From positions 1 through 46,050 of IMG/VR virus record IMGVR_UViG_3300009537_000030: 46,050 nt of DNA; one strand, given 5' to 3'. The first letter of the stretch is position 1, and each line of letters starts with the position of its first letter. Positions 7,675 to 15,459 of this stretch are shown here, piece after piece. This stretch comes from a virus. The position numbers and the translations under genes are program-made. A model generated the notes under the pieces. It searched no databases and had not been told where the DNA came from. It saw only the letters and a list, made by a program, of their open reading frames with translations.

Positions 7675-8433
7675 TTAAGCGAATGAAGGTCGTATTGCTA
7701 AACCTTGTTCGATTAACATTTCTTCAGTCCAACCTGGTGTTGCTAGGTATTGCTGAAGTGTTACACCTTTTGCTGCTGCTGTCATTTGTAATGGAGCAGG
7801 GGGAGCAGCTGGTGCTACGGGGGGTGACATTGGTGCAGGTGCCACTGCTGGTGCTGCTACTGGTGCTGCTACTGGTGGTGCTGCAGTTACGCCAGGCATA
7901 GGTGCCATTGGTGCAGCTTGCGACACATCACCAAACATCTGTGCTGCAGTTGGGCGACCATCGATACGACCGAGTTCACCTTCTTCACCTGTTGGCATAA
8001 CACCATTCACATACGCACCCACACCTTTGTTAACAGGCATTGAGTACGCTTGAATACCAACTGATACCCATGCAACACAACCCGCGTAAATCAATGCAGG
8101 GTCCATCAATGGTCCAAGTGTAGCCATATCAACAACTTGTGGCTTATCTTTGTTGTTGGTACTTAACACCATGAAGTTGTGAAGTTTTGGATCACCACTG
8201 TAGCTAGGCTCAATTGCACAATCTTTCAAACAAAGTTTACCGTTAGCAGGGAACCCTGAAGGGAAACCGTTTGCTTTTTCCTGGTCAACTAATGCTTGAA
8301 CTTGTGCAAGTTGTGGATCATCTTTACGTATCAACACTGATGTTGAGTACTTAGGTTCAGCACCCGCTTCAATTGCGCGTGGTGTGAATAAATGTGGGTA
8401 CGATAAAATACCCTTGATTTTTAGTTGAGACAT
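7675..8433 (-). CDS. Single-stranded DNA-binding protein, DUF2815 / T7 gp2.5-like, with an Ala/Pro linker and an extra C-terminal domain
   Basis: N-terminus KGILSYPHLFTPRA....PKYSTSVLIRKDDP is typical of DUF2815. It sits next to a DUF2800 gene, as in known replication modules. Confidence 0.7.
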   Translation of the reverse strand: MSQLKIKGILSYPHLFTPRAIEAGAEPKYSTSVLIRKDDPQLAQVQALVDQEKANGFPSGFPANGKLCLKDCAIEPSYSGDPKLHNFMVLSTNNKDKPQVVDMATLGPLMDPALIYAGCVAWVSVGIQAYSMPVNKGVGAYVNGVMPTGEEGELGRIDGRPTAAQMFGDVSQAAPMAPMPGVTAAPPVAAPVAAPAVAPAPMSPPVAPAAPPAPLQMTAAAKGVTLQQYLATPGWTEEMLIEQGLAIRPSFA

Positions 8434-8447
8434 TTGTCACCTCGTTA

Positions 8448-9833
8448 TTAAAAAAATGAAACTTCTTTTTCGACAACCGGTGCTGTATCTAAAACATCAC
8501 CGAACATCATTTGACCTGATGATACATCATCTGTGGTACTTTGTGCAACAGAATGTGCAACTTTTTTCAAAGATAATTTACCCGCTGTGTACGTAATCAA
8601 ATCTTTCTTGATACGTTCTTTCTGTTCATCAGTCAGTTTGTCTAACTTCAGCACCTGTGCAGGTGTGATTAATTTTGGTGGATAGATGTCAGCAAGTTTT
8701 AAACGACGACTCTTCAACTTCTTAGCAATTTTATCTTCGTCTTCGTTCCAAACATTAGCACCTTTACCGGGCTGCATTGCATAGCCGGGTACCGTGATGC
8801 CTTGGTTAATACGTTCACGTATTTCTTTTTTCACTTTATCAAACACTGCTTGAATACCTTCTTCAGCATCAGCAAGTTCACTGAGTTGGTCTTCAGTTAA
8901 TGATTTTGGATCAGCAAGTACTGCACTGAAATATTCATGCAAGCCACTACCACCTGCAACCATTCGTCCTGCTTCTTGTTCTTCGCTCATAGTCTCCACC
9001 ACTTGTAAGGATTGATCTGATTTAGCAGTACAATGACCGCCACGTTTAGGGTTAGCTTTACACCATTGACAATGATCACCCGGTGTTAATGGTGCATTAG
9101 GATCATCTGTTGCATACGCTGCATCAGATAATTTATCAGCTGCTTCAATAACAGTGAGTGCGCTGACATCATCTTCTTGTCGTGTTGAACATTGGTAACG
9201 AACAACCGGGTTAGTTTTAGGTTGAATAATGGTCATACGAATACCACCTACATTAGCAGGTATAAACGGTCTAACTTTTTCAGGACCACTACCAACATAA
9301 TGTCGCATTTTACCGAAAAGATAACTGATGTTCTGTGTGTTGTTCTTTTCAGAAACATAACCACGACCATCTTTATAGTCAGCCACTTCAATAAAATAAA
9401 CTTCACCAGATAAAGGATGACGTGCAGTGATAGTAATATCACATGTACCCCACCAATCAGTACGACCGAACGCACCACCAGGGTTAGATTTAGACTCAGC
9501 TTCAACAGTTACATTGCAACCTTGAAACTGTTCTTTCAGTTCAGCAACACGACGTGAAATATAATCCAATGCCATTTGCACACGCTCGATTCTATCCGGT
9601 GCAACTAACCAACCGTTCGGGTTGTCATGGTGGTTAGCACCTATGATTTGTTGATCATAGGTGAATGCAGGTACATTGTTTTGCAAACACATCTCAAGTA
9701 ACAAGTGCGAACCTGTACCATCGATAGCTGCTTCACCTGCAACATCTTCATAGTTTTCTTCTTCACGCACTGACCCTGCACACATAGGCCAGCGTTTATT
9801 TGAAGGCCCTAATCGAGCGTGACCTTCACTCAT
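8448..9833 (-). CDS. DUF2800-type PD-(D/E)XK (Cas4-like) nuclease
   Basis: HARLGPSNKRWPMCAGS....DGTGSHLLLE N-terminus and a Cys cluster DHCQWCK...GGHC. 461 aa. Confidence 0.75.
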   Translation of the reverse strand: MSEGHARLGPSNKRWPMCAGSVREEENYEDVAGEAAIDGTGSHLLLEMCLQNNVPAFTYDQQIIGANHHDNPNGWLVAPDRIERVQMALDYISRRVAELKEQFQGCNVTVEAESKSNPGGAFGRTDWWGTCDITITARHPLSGEVYFIEVADYKDGRGYVSEKNNTQNISYLFGKMRHYVGSGPEKVRPFIPANVGGIRMTIIQPKTNPVVRYQCSTRQEDDVSALTVIEAADKLSDAAYATDDPNAPLTPGDHCQWCKANPKRGGHCTAKSDQSLQVVETMSEEQEAGRMVAGGSGLHEYFSAVLADPKSLTEDQLSELADAEEGIQAVFDKVKKEIRERINQGITVPGYAMQPGKGANVWNEDEDKIAKKLKSRRLKLADIYPPKLITPAQVLKLDKLTDEQKERIKKDLITYTAGKLSLKKVAHSVAQSTTDDVSSGQMMFGDVLDTAPVVEKEVSFF

Positions 9834-10267
9834 GCTGCACTCGGAATAGCAGCTACTGCAGCAATTAATGATTGCTGCTTATCAGCAGGTAAATCAGTCA
9901 CTGATATAACACCGAGTGTGCTCATTGCTGCATCAATAGGTGCACGATCACCGATACGCTTGAACTCTGATACTAAGAGGTTGTTCATCTCTTCAGGTGA
10001 TAAGGTGACCACGGGTGCTATCGTCGGCATAGGTGGTGATGTAACAGGCGGTGCCGCTACTGGTGCAGGTTGAGCAGGTGCTGCTGCAGGTGCTGCTGCA
10101 GGTGCTTCAGTTAATGCAGGTGCTGCTATGGGCGCAGCAACAACAGGTGCAGGTGCTTTAGATGTTGGTATCACATCAGCTGTTTTAATATCATACAACT
10201 TTTGCAGTATTTCAGTGTTAGCATTCAATGCTGCAGTGTTGTCTTTTAAATCTTTTTCAATAGCCAT
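9830..10267 (-). CDS. Hypothetical protein with a coiled-coil N-terminus and a long Ala/Pro linker
   Basis: 145-aa ORF overlapping the start of the downstream gene. Confidence 0.55.
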   Translation of the reverse strand: MAIEKDLKDNTAALNANTEILQKLYDIKTADVIPTSKAPAPVVAAPIAAPALTEAPAAAPAAAPAQPAPVAAPPVTSPPMPTIAPVVTLSPEEMNNLLVSEFKRIGDRAPIDAAMSTLGVISVTDLPADKQQSLIAAVAAIPSAA

Positions 10268-10294
10268 AATTTTTATTTCCTTCTTATATAAAAG

Positions 10295-10498
10295 TTAAAA
10301 TTTACTGTACAACTTCCCAGCCTGGTATTCTTCAGTTGGGATGATGCGTAATTTATCATCATTGAATGCTGTGATCATCTCACGCACTAATAATGAATAA
10401 TGTTTACCGGTGACACGTTTTGCTTTCGCTTTGAATATTTCAATTTCTTGTTCATCACAGCGTACTCGCAAATCACCGTTGAGTGCTTCTTCTGGCAT
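10295..10498 (-). CDS. Ribbon-helix-helix (Arc/CopG-like) putative regulator
   Basis: LRVRCDEQEIEIFKAKAKRVTGKHYSLLVREMITAF fits a strand-helix-helix layout. It is the first gene after the leftward promoter. Confidence 0.5.
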   Translation of the reverse strand: MPEEALNGDLRVRCDEQEIEIFKAKAKRVTGKHYSLLVREMITAFNDDKLRIIPTEEYQAGKLYSKF

Positions 10499-10530
10499 GT
10501 TATGTTCCTCGTTTAATATGTCACAATTGA

Positions 10531-10560
10531 ATAGTAGTTGAACAACGTATCATTTGTCAA
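10531..10560 (-). promoter_or_regulatory. Sigma70-like leftward promoter
   Basis: Minus strand: TTGACA (10560..10555), 18 nt, TACTAT (10536..10531). GAGGA RBS before the ATG at 10498. Confidence 0.5.
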
Positions 10561-10568
10561 CACTTTGT

Positions 10569-10597
10569 TTGACTTTGTTCTACACATGACATAATAT
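10569..10597 (+). promoter_or_regulatory. Sigma70-like rightward promoter
   Basis: TTGACT (10569-10574), 17 nt, TAATAT (10592-10597). Its -35 lies 8 bp from the leftward -35. Confidence 0.55.
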
Positions 10598-10669
10598 ACA
10601 GGCTGACAGAAATGTTGAGATGGTCTATTATTAAAGACCCCCGTAATTATAATAAAGAGAATATATTCT

Positions 10670-11185
10670 ATGGTGACACAAGAAGAACTCAAGCAATTGC
10701 TGCACTACAACCCTGATACTGGTTTGTTTACGTGGTTAGTGGATTGTGGTGCTGGTCGTCCTAATAAAGGTGATATGGCAGGCCGTATACAAAAGAAGAA
10801 AAGTGGGAAATGTTACCGCGATATTGGTATCAATGGTAAACGACACTATGCTCACAGACTTGCAGTTCTTTATATGACCGCCGAATGGCCTGAAGAAGTT
10901 GACCATGGTGACGGTGATGGTACGAATAACAAATGGTTGAACTTAAATAATGTTGATAAATTACAGAATAGTAAAAACATTAGAAAGAGAATTGACAATA
11001 GTTCAGGTTGTACTGGGGTACATCCTCATAAGAAGTCAGGAAAATGGCACGTTTATATAAATAAAAATAAGAATCGTTACAATATAGGTTTATACAACGA
11101 TTTCTTTGAAGCTGTATGTGCTCGTAAATCTGCTGAAAATCTTCACGGGTTCCATGAAAACCACGGGCAGGTGCGTCCACTATGA
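10670..11185 (+). CDS. HNH-AP2 homing endonuclease
   Basis: YNPDTGLFTW, HRLAVLYM...VDHGDGDGTNNKWLNL..LQNSKN (HNH), then the AP2 domain SGCTGVH..KSGKWHVYI..RYNIGLY. Confidence 0.85.
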   Translation: MVTQEELKQLLHYNPDTGLFTWLVDCGAGRPNKGDMAGRIQKKKSGKCYRDIGINGKRHYAHRLAVLYMTAEWPEEVDHGDGDGTNNKWLNLNNVDKLQNSKNIRKRIDNSSGCTGVHPHKKSGKWHVYINKNKNRYNIGLYNDFFEAVCARKSAENLHGFHENHGQVRPL

Positions 11186-13767
11186 TAAACATAACAGATG
11201 AAGAATTTCTTCAAGCTATTTTCGGTGCTGATACACCTTTTTGTCACGTGACAGATTTCCCTTATGATCCAAGTAACATACCTAAAGATAAACATCTTAT
11301 AAGTTGGAAAGGCGATTATTTTTCACGGTACCATTTTCAACCTAACACCAACCGGTATTTCACCATAAGTACATTTTACTGTGATGACACACAGCAAGCA
11401 CGTAGGCGTAAAGCATTATACCGTCAGACTCATTGCTTGGTGCTTGATGACGTTAGGGAAAAGTTGAGTGAAGCTGCTGCTGCTAAATTACCGCGCCCAT
11501 CGTGGATACTTGAAACATCAAAAGATTCATTTCAGTGGGGTTACATTTTTATAACACCGGTGACTGAAGCATCTAAAATTGACAACCTTAATGATGGTCT
11601 AATTGATAGTGAACTTGCACCTAAAGGAAAAGATCCAGGTCAAAAAGGTACAACCAGGTACGTAAAGCTACCATCGTCTATAAATAATAAAGCAGCTAAA
11701 CTTAATGCCGACGGTACTGCGTTTGTATCTAAGTTACATTTATGGGAGCCACAAAACAAAGTAACCATTGAACAATTAGCTGAACCTTTCAGTATAGATT
11801 TAAACAAAGTCAGACGTGAGTCACGTGTCGATGGTGCTGCAGATGTTTCTGATCATCCTTTGTTACATATTCCTGACATTATTAAAATCAAAGAGGTACG
11901 TTCTGATGGTAGATTTGAGGTTGTTTGTCCGTGGATTCACGAACACACCGGTCAAGAAGACAGTGGTGCAGCTATATTCACAAACGACGATGGATCAATC
12001 GGGTTTAAGTGCTTCCATGGTAGTTGTATCGAAAGAACGGGGCGTAACCTGCTACAGTTCATCGAAGGTAAGTCTGCAGGATTTACAAACACATATAAAA
12101 ACTGGCAAATCATTAGAGACTTTTCTTCAGTCGTTGAACCGGTCAGCTTCATGTCAGCACCTGCCAGCGTGGTTCCTGTAGAAGAACCAGTGAGCTTCAT
12201 GACACCAATAGTTGCACAGGTAGAAATGGCACCACTTGACGCTATTCAAATGTTGATGGATAAACTCAGACTTGTGAACCACCGTTCACCTGAAGCACGT
12301 CAACATGCTGCTGATGTACTGAAATACACTGATGACTTACCGAAGTTAGACAAGATGCAATGGCACAATGAAGTATGTGATGTCATGACGTGGACTAAAG
12401 CTGACTTCAAAGACATTTTAAAAGACTTACGTCAACAGTGGTACGGTGAGAAAGTACATAACGCTGAATTTTATGATGATGTTATTTTTGTTAAAGAGTT
12501 AAACCAGTTTTATGATTTCACTTCACGAATATTTTTCAGTGTTGAAGCATTCCAGAACTCATTCTCACATGAAGAAGTTGAAGCGAAGAAAATAGCATTA
12601 CAGGAAGGGCGTACTAAAAAAGTTGACCGGTTAGACTATGCACCTAAACACCCTCAAATATTCAAAGAGAATGACACCATTTACGGTAACACCTGGTCAG
12701 AAAAGTCACAGTCTAATGGTACACAAGGTGATATAGACAGGTGGCACGACCATTTCGATGCATTAGGTTGGGGTGAATACCGTAAACATATCGAACAATG
12801 GATGTCGTTCACATTACGTCACCCTGACAGAAAAATTAATCACATGTTGTTATTGGGTAGTGGTGAAGGTTGCGGTAAAGATTATCTACTGTACCCATTA
12901 ACTAAAGCCATGGGTGAGAACTACACTGTTATCAGTGGTGAAGAATTACTGCGTGACTTTGACGATCACCTTCTGTCTACAAAGTATTTACATGTAAATG
13001 AAGCAGAACTCGGTGACCGTCGTGAAGCAATGGCAATCAGTAACAAGTTAAAACCTCTTGCTGCTGCACCACCGGATACATTACGTGTGAATCAGAAAGG
13101 CATTAAGCCGATTAAAATCAGAAACATTCTCAATGCATCGATGACAACAAACAGTTTGCTGCCGTTGCGATTGAATGGCCCGTCACGACGTTTCTATGCG
13201 GTATGGTCAGACTTGAACCCGCGTGATGAACACGACAACATGAAACCTGAATGGCTTGAATATTGGGAAGACCGCTGGAATTGGATGAAAGGTGGTGGTT
13301 GGGAAGCTGTTGCACATCACCTGATGTATGAAGTGGACCTCAGTGACTTCAACCCAGCTGAAGCACCACCGATGACTGACTTCTTACGTGATATTAAAGA
13401 AGCATCTAAGTCACCAATGCAACAAACGATTGAAGGATTTATTGACAATCAATATGGTGTATTCAAATGTGACTTGCTTACCTCCCATGATATGTCTGAC
13501 ACATTACGCGGTGGTGCAGTGTTTGCACCTAATGAGATGTACCTTGATAGTAAATACTTCACACCGATAAAAGTCGGTATGGCAATAAAAGAAGCTAACA
13601 AGTATCAGCAGGTGCAGTGTTATGTTAACCGTCAACGTATCAGGTTGTGGGTATTACGTAACCAGAGTAAGTATGCATCACTGGATTCTAAAGCACTTTA
13701 TGCTGAATATGAGCGACAAATGACTGAAGTGCGTGGTTCAATTATTAATATGCGGGTGGTGAAGTGA
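11182..13767 (+). CDS. Primase-helicase (VirE/D5/P4-alpha-like SF3 NTPase with an N-terminal primase-like region)
   Basis: Walker A LLGSGEGCGKDYL, Walker B-like YLHVNEAE, Cys/His cluster CPWIHEHT...FKCFHGSC, acidic LVLDDV. 861 aa. ATGA overlap with the HNH gene. Confidence 0.8.
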   Translation: MINITDEEFLQAIFGADTPFCHVTDFPYDPSNIPKDKHLISWKGDYFSRYHFQPNTNRYFTISTFYCDDTQQARRRKALYRQTHCLVLDDVREKLSEAAAAKLPRPSWILETSKDSFQWGYIFITPVTEASKIDNLNDGLIDSELAPKGKDPGQKGTTRYVKLPSSINNKAAKLNADGTAFVSKLHLWEPQNKVTIEQLAEPFSIDLNKVRRESRVDGAADVSDHPLLHIPDIIKIKEVRSDGRFEVVCPWIHEHTGQEDSGAAIFTNDDGSIGFKCFHGSCIERTGRNLLQFIEGKSAGFTNTYKNWQIIRDFSSVVEPVSFMSAPASVVPVEEPVSFMTPIVAQVEMAPLDAIQMLMDKLRLVNHRSPEARQHAADVLKYTDDLPKLDKMQWHNEVCDVMTWTKADFKDILKDLRQQWYGEKVHNAEFYDDVIFVKELNQFYDFTSRIFFSVEAFQNSFSHEEVEAKKIALQEGRTKKVDRLDYAPKHPQIFKENDTIYGNTWSEKSQSNGTQGDIDRWHDHFDALGWGEYRKHIEQWMSFTLRHPDRKINHMLLLGSGEGCGKDYLLYPLTKAMGENYTVISGEELLRDFDDHLLSTKYLHVNEAELGDRREAMAISNKLKPLAAAPPDTLRVNQKGIKPIKIRNILNASMTTNSLLPLRLNGPSRRFYAVWSDLNPRDEHDNMKPEWLEYWEDRWNWMKGGGWEAVAHHLMYEVDLSDFNPAEAPPMTDFLRDIKEASKSPMQQTIEGFIDNQYGVFKCDLLTSHDMSDTLRGGAVFAPNEMYLDSKYFTPIKVGMAIKEANKYQQVQCYVNRQRIRLWVLRNQSKYASLDSKALYAEYERQMTEVRGSIINMRVVK

Positions 13768-13919
13768 CTGAAGAGTGGTGCTTAGTGTTCGACAAGGCTG
13801 ATGCTGCAGTGATAACAGCACGCAGTGATGCACGTGATTACGTGTGTGACCTGGACTACTTACAAGCTGAAGTGGATAAATTAATTGTTAAATGGAAAGA
13901 AGAGGTGATGTTCTTATGA
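13764..13919 (+). CDS. Small hypothetical protein (GTG start, 51 aa; not in the ORF track)
   Basis: Translated by hand: VTEEWCLVFDKADAAVITARSDARDYVCDLDYLQAEVDKLIVKWKEEVMFL. GTGA overlap with the primase stop and ATGA overlap with the next start. Confidence 0.4.
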   Translation: MTEEWCLVFDKADAAVITARSDARDYVCDLDYLQAEVDKLIVKWKEEVMFL

Positions 13920-14074
13920 GTGAACCATTGTGTTCGTTTTGCTTCAAAGCAAAGAGTGAAGTACTGGTACTGGTTAAATCAGCAAGTAAGCTAGTTTATA
14001 TCTGTAATGAGTGTGTTGAAGCATGTAAAAAGCAACTTGATAAGAAGGCCCCAATTAAGGAGCCTTTGGTTTAA
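13916..14074 (+). CDS. Stand-alone ClpX-type C4 zinc-finger (ZBD-like) mini-protein
   Basis: MSEPLCSFCFKAKSEVLVLV...LVYICNECVEACKKQL parallels the ClpX N-terminus CSFCGK...YICDECV..C. GAGGTG lies 8 nt upstream of the ATG at 13916; the track start at 13892 has no SD. Confidence 0.75.
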   Translation: MSEPLCSFCFKAKSEVLVLVKSASKLVYICNECVEACKKQLDKKAPIKEPLV

Positions 14075-14223
14075 CCCCACTTTTTCTTTTCACGTCTGCG
14101 TTTTCTGACTTCCTGTTTCTTTATCTCAGCCGCTTTACGATCATGCTGAATACCCGTGAAGCAGGTGTAACACATTTCATTGGTCCGGTTGCTGTGCTCT
14201 TTGTGACATTTTACGCATTTCAT
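14071..14223 (-). CDS. Small CxxC..CxxC zinc-ribbon protein with a basic tail (50 aa; not in the ORF track)
   Basis: Translated by hand: MKCVKCHKEHSNRTNEMCYTCFTGIQHDRKAAEIKKQEVRKRRREKKKWG. GGTGGGGTG upstream. Starts 4 nt after the stop of 14227..14739. Confidence 0.45.
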   Translation of the reverse strand: MKCVKCHKEHSNRTNEMCYTCFTGIQHDRKAAEIKKQEVRKRRREKKKWG

Positions 14224-14226
14224 AAC

Positions 14227-14739
14227 TTACACCCCACCAGTTTCATAGTCGTCAACCATGTCTTCTTCATCAATGCGAGACTTTAATTCACCCCATTTAG
14301 TGATGTTATCTGAACCACCTGATACTTCTTTATCATTAACATACATATTATCTTCATTAAACTGGTAAACCATTGCAAGGTCTTTACGTTCATCGAATGA
14401 TTTAACACCTGTGTCCGGTAAATTATCTAACACCATCCCATTCACTATCAATACCATGTGTGCTTCAGAGTCACCACCTGATGCGGTACCTTCACCTGGG
14501 TTACCTTTTTTACCACGCGAAAGTTTAACGTGACTGATACGCATGTCTTCAGGGCTATACCCCATACTTTTCAATTTGTAATATTTAGCAATGGCAAAAT
14601 CTTCACAGTCACCTGATCCATTCTCATAGAATTCTTTCGGTGTGTACCAGTTGTCTTTAGTGCCTGAGTTGGTTTTATCAGGTTCATACTTCACACCGTT
14701 AACTTCATCGTTGACTTTGTGTAGCTCGTCAATATTCAT
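14227..14739 (-). CDS. Transglutaminase-like cysteine protease (BTLCP-like), no signal peptide
   Basis: DNWYTPKEF...GSGDCEDFAIAKYY (Cys), EAHMVLIV (His), VLDNL (Asp): the order expected for the BTLCP catalytic triad. Confidence 0.7.
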   Translation of the reverse strand: MNIDELHKVNDEVNGVKYEPDKTNSGTKDNWYTPKEFYENGSGDCEDFAIAKYYKLKSMGYSPEDMRISHVKLSRGKKGNPGEGTASGGDSEAHMVLIVNGMVLDNLPDTGVKSFDERKDLAMVYQFNEDNMYVNDKEVSGGSDNITKWGELKSRIDEEDMVDDYETGGV

Positions 14740-14827
14740 AGCTTACTTTCCTTTTTGTTGTTTAACTTTTTTAGGTATGCATGACAATAAGAACATATCG
14801 AATGCATGTGTTAATGCTCGTTGCTGT

Positions 14828-15016
14828 TCACTCACGGTTCAAATTCTCCTTTATTGCAATTAATGCTCGGTTACCGATTGCACGATGCATTCGACCGCTT
14901 TCAACATTATACTGTTCTTCGCTTGTACGATGCGGATCAGCTTCATCAATGTCCCACTGTAACCCACAGCTGCAGTGGTACTGGTCATTCACTCTTTGTT
15001 TTTGGTGGTTCATCAC
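14828..15016 (-). CDS. Hypothetical small protein
   Basis: 62-aa ORF on the coding strand of this arm; GAGGTGAGTGA upstream. Confidence 0.45.
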   Translation of the reverse strand: MMNHQKQRVNDQYHCSCGLQWDIDEADPHRTSEEQYNVESGRMHRAIGNRALIAIKENLNRE

Positions 15017-15040
15017 TCACCTCTAGTTCGTTAGCTAAAA

Positions 15041-15301
15041 TTAATAATCTGGCTCGCCTTTAATCTGGTTTTCTAATCTTTCAGCGTATAGTTTTGAATT
15101 AGTTAACTCCTTCTCCAGCACCTTATTAGATTCTTTAAGCTCATCAATAAATCTAATTAACGATTCCGCATATTCAGCTTGCGAGTTAATCTCTTCATCC
15201 TTTTGCTCTAGCTGAGATTTAAGTTTTCTAATCTCAATATAGAAAGCATTAGCTTCACAAAAACCTTTTCCGCAAGGGGGCGGTCTGTCTAGTTCACTCA
15301 T
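15041..15301 (-). CDS. Coiled-coil hypothetical protein
   Basis: 86-aa ORF with heptad-like EIRKLKSQLEQKDEEI..LEKELTNSKLYAERLE. ATGA coupling with the upstream ORF. Confidence 0.55.
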   Translation of the reverse strand: MSELDRPPPCGKGFCEANAFYIEIRKLKSQLEQKDEEINSQAEYAESLIRFIDELKESNKVLEKELTNSKLYAERLENQIKGEPDY

Positions 15302-15459
15302 TGTTTAACCCATACTGTAGGGTCAACAAATACGGCACCGATGGAATTGGTTAAATTGCTTTCAATCATTCCGTTATCGTTCAGCCATATTTCTGCATCA
15401 CCACTCACCAATGTTTTACCGTCAAGTAGTACTTGGTATAATTCTCTATGATTATTCAT
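15298..15459 (-). CDS. Small hypothetical protein (53 aa; not in the ORF track)
   Basis: Translated by hand: MNNHRELYQVLLDGKTLVSGDAEIWLNDNGMIESNLTNSIGAVFVDPTVWVKQ. Its ATG lies inside the stop region of the HTH gene, and its stop overlaps the next ATG. Confidence 0.45.
   Translation of the reverse strand: MNNHRELYQVLLDGKTLVSGDAEIWLNDNGMIESNLTNSIGAVFVDPTVWVKQ

Noticed and set aside
7671-7901. Leu-rich 76-aa plus-strand ORF; similar cases at 9819..10073 and 23698..23982.
   Set aside because: These are shadows of Ala/Pro- or Asp/Gly-rich coding repeats on the other strand. Their low-complexity composition is a direct consequence of GCN/CCN codons read in reverse.
14736-14807. 23-codon CxxC mini-ORF (MHSICSYCHAYLKKLNNKKESKL), ATGA-coupled to the BTLCP gene.
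   Set aside because: It is too short to support from sequence alone. It is noted as a possible leader peptide but not reported as a feature.
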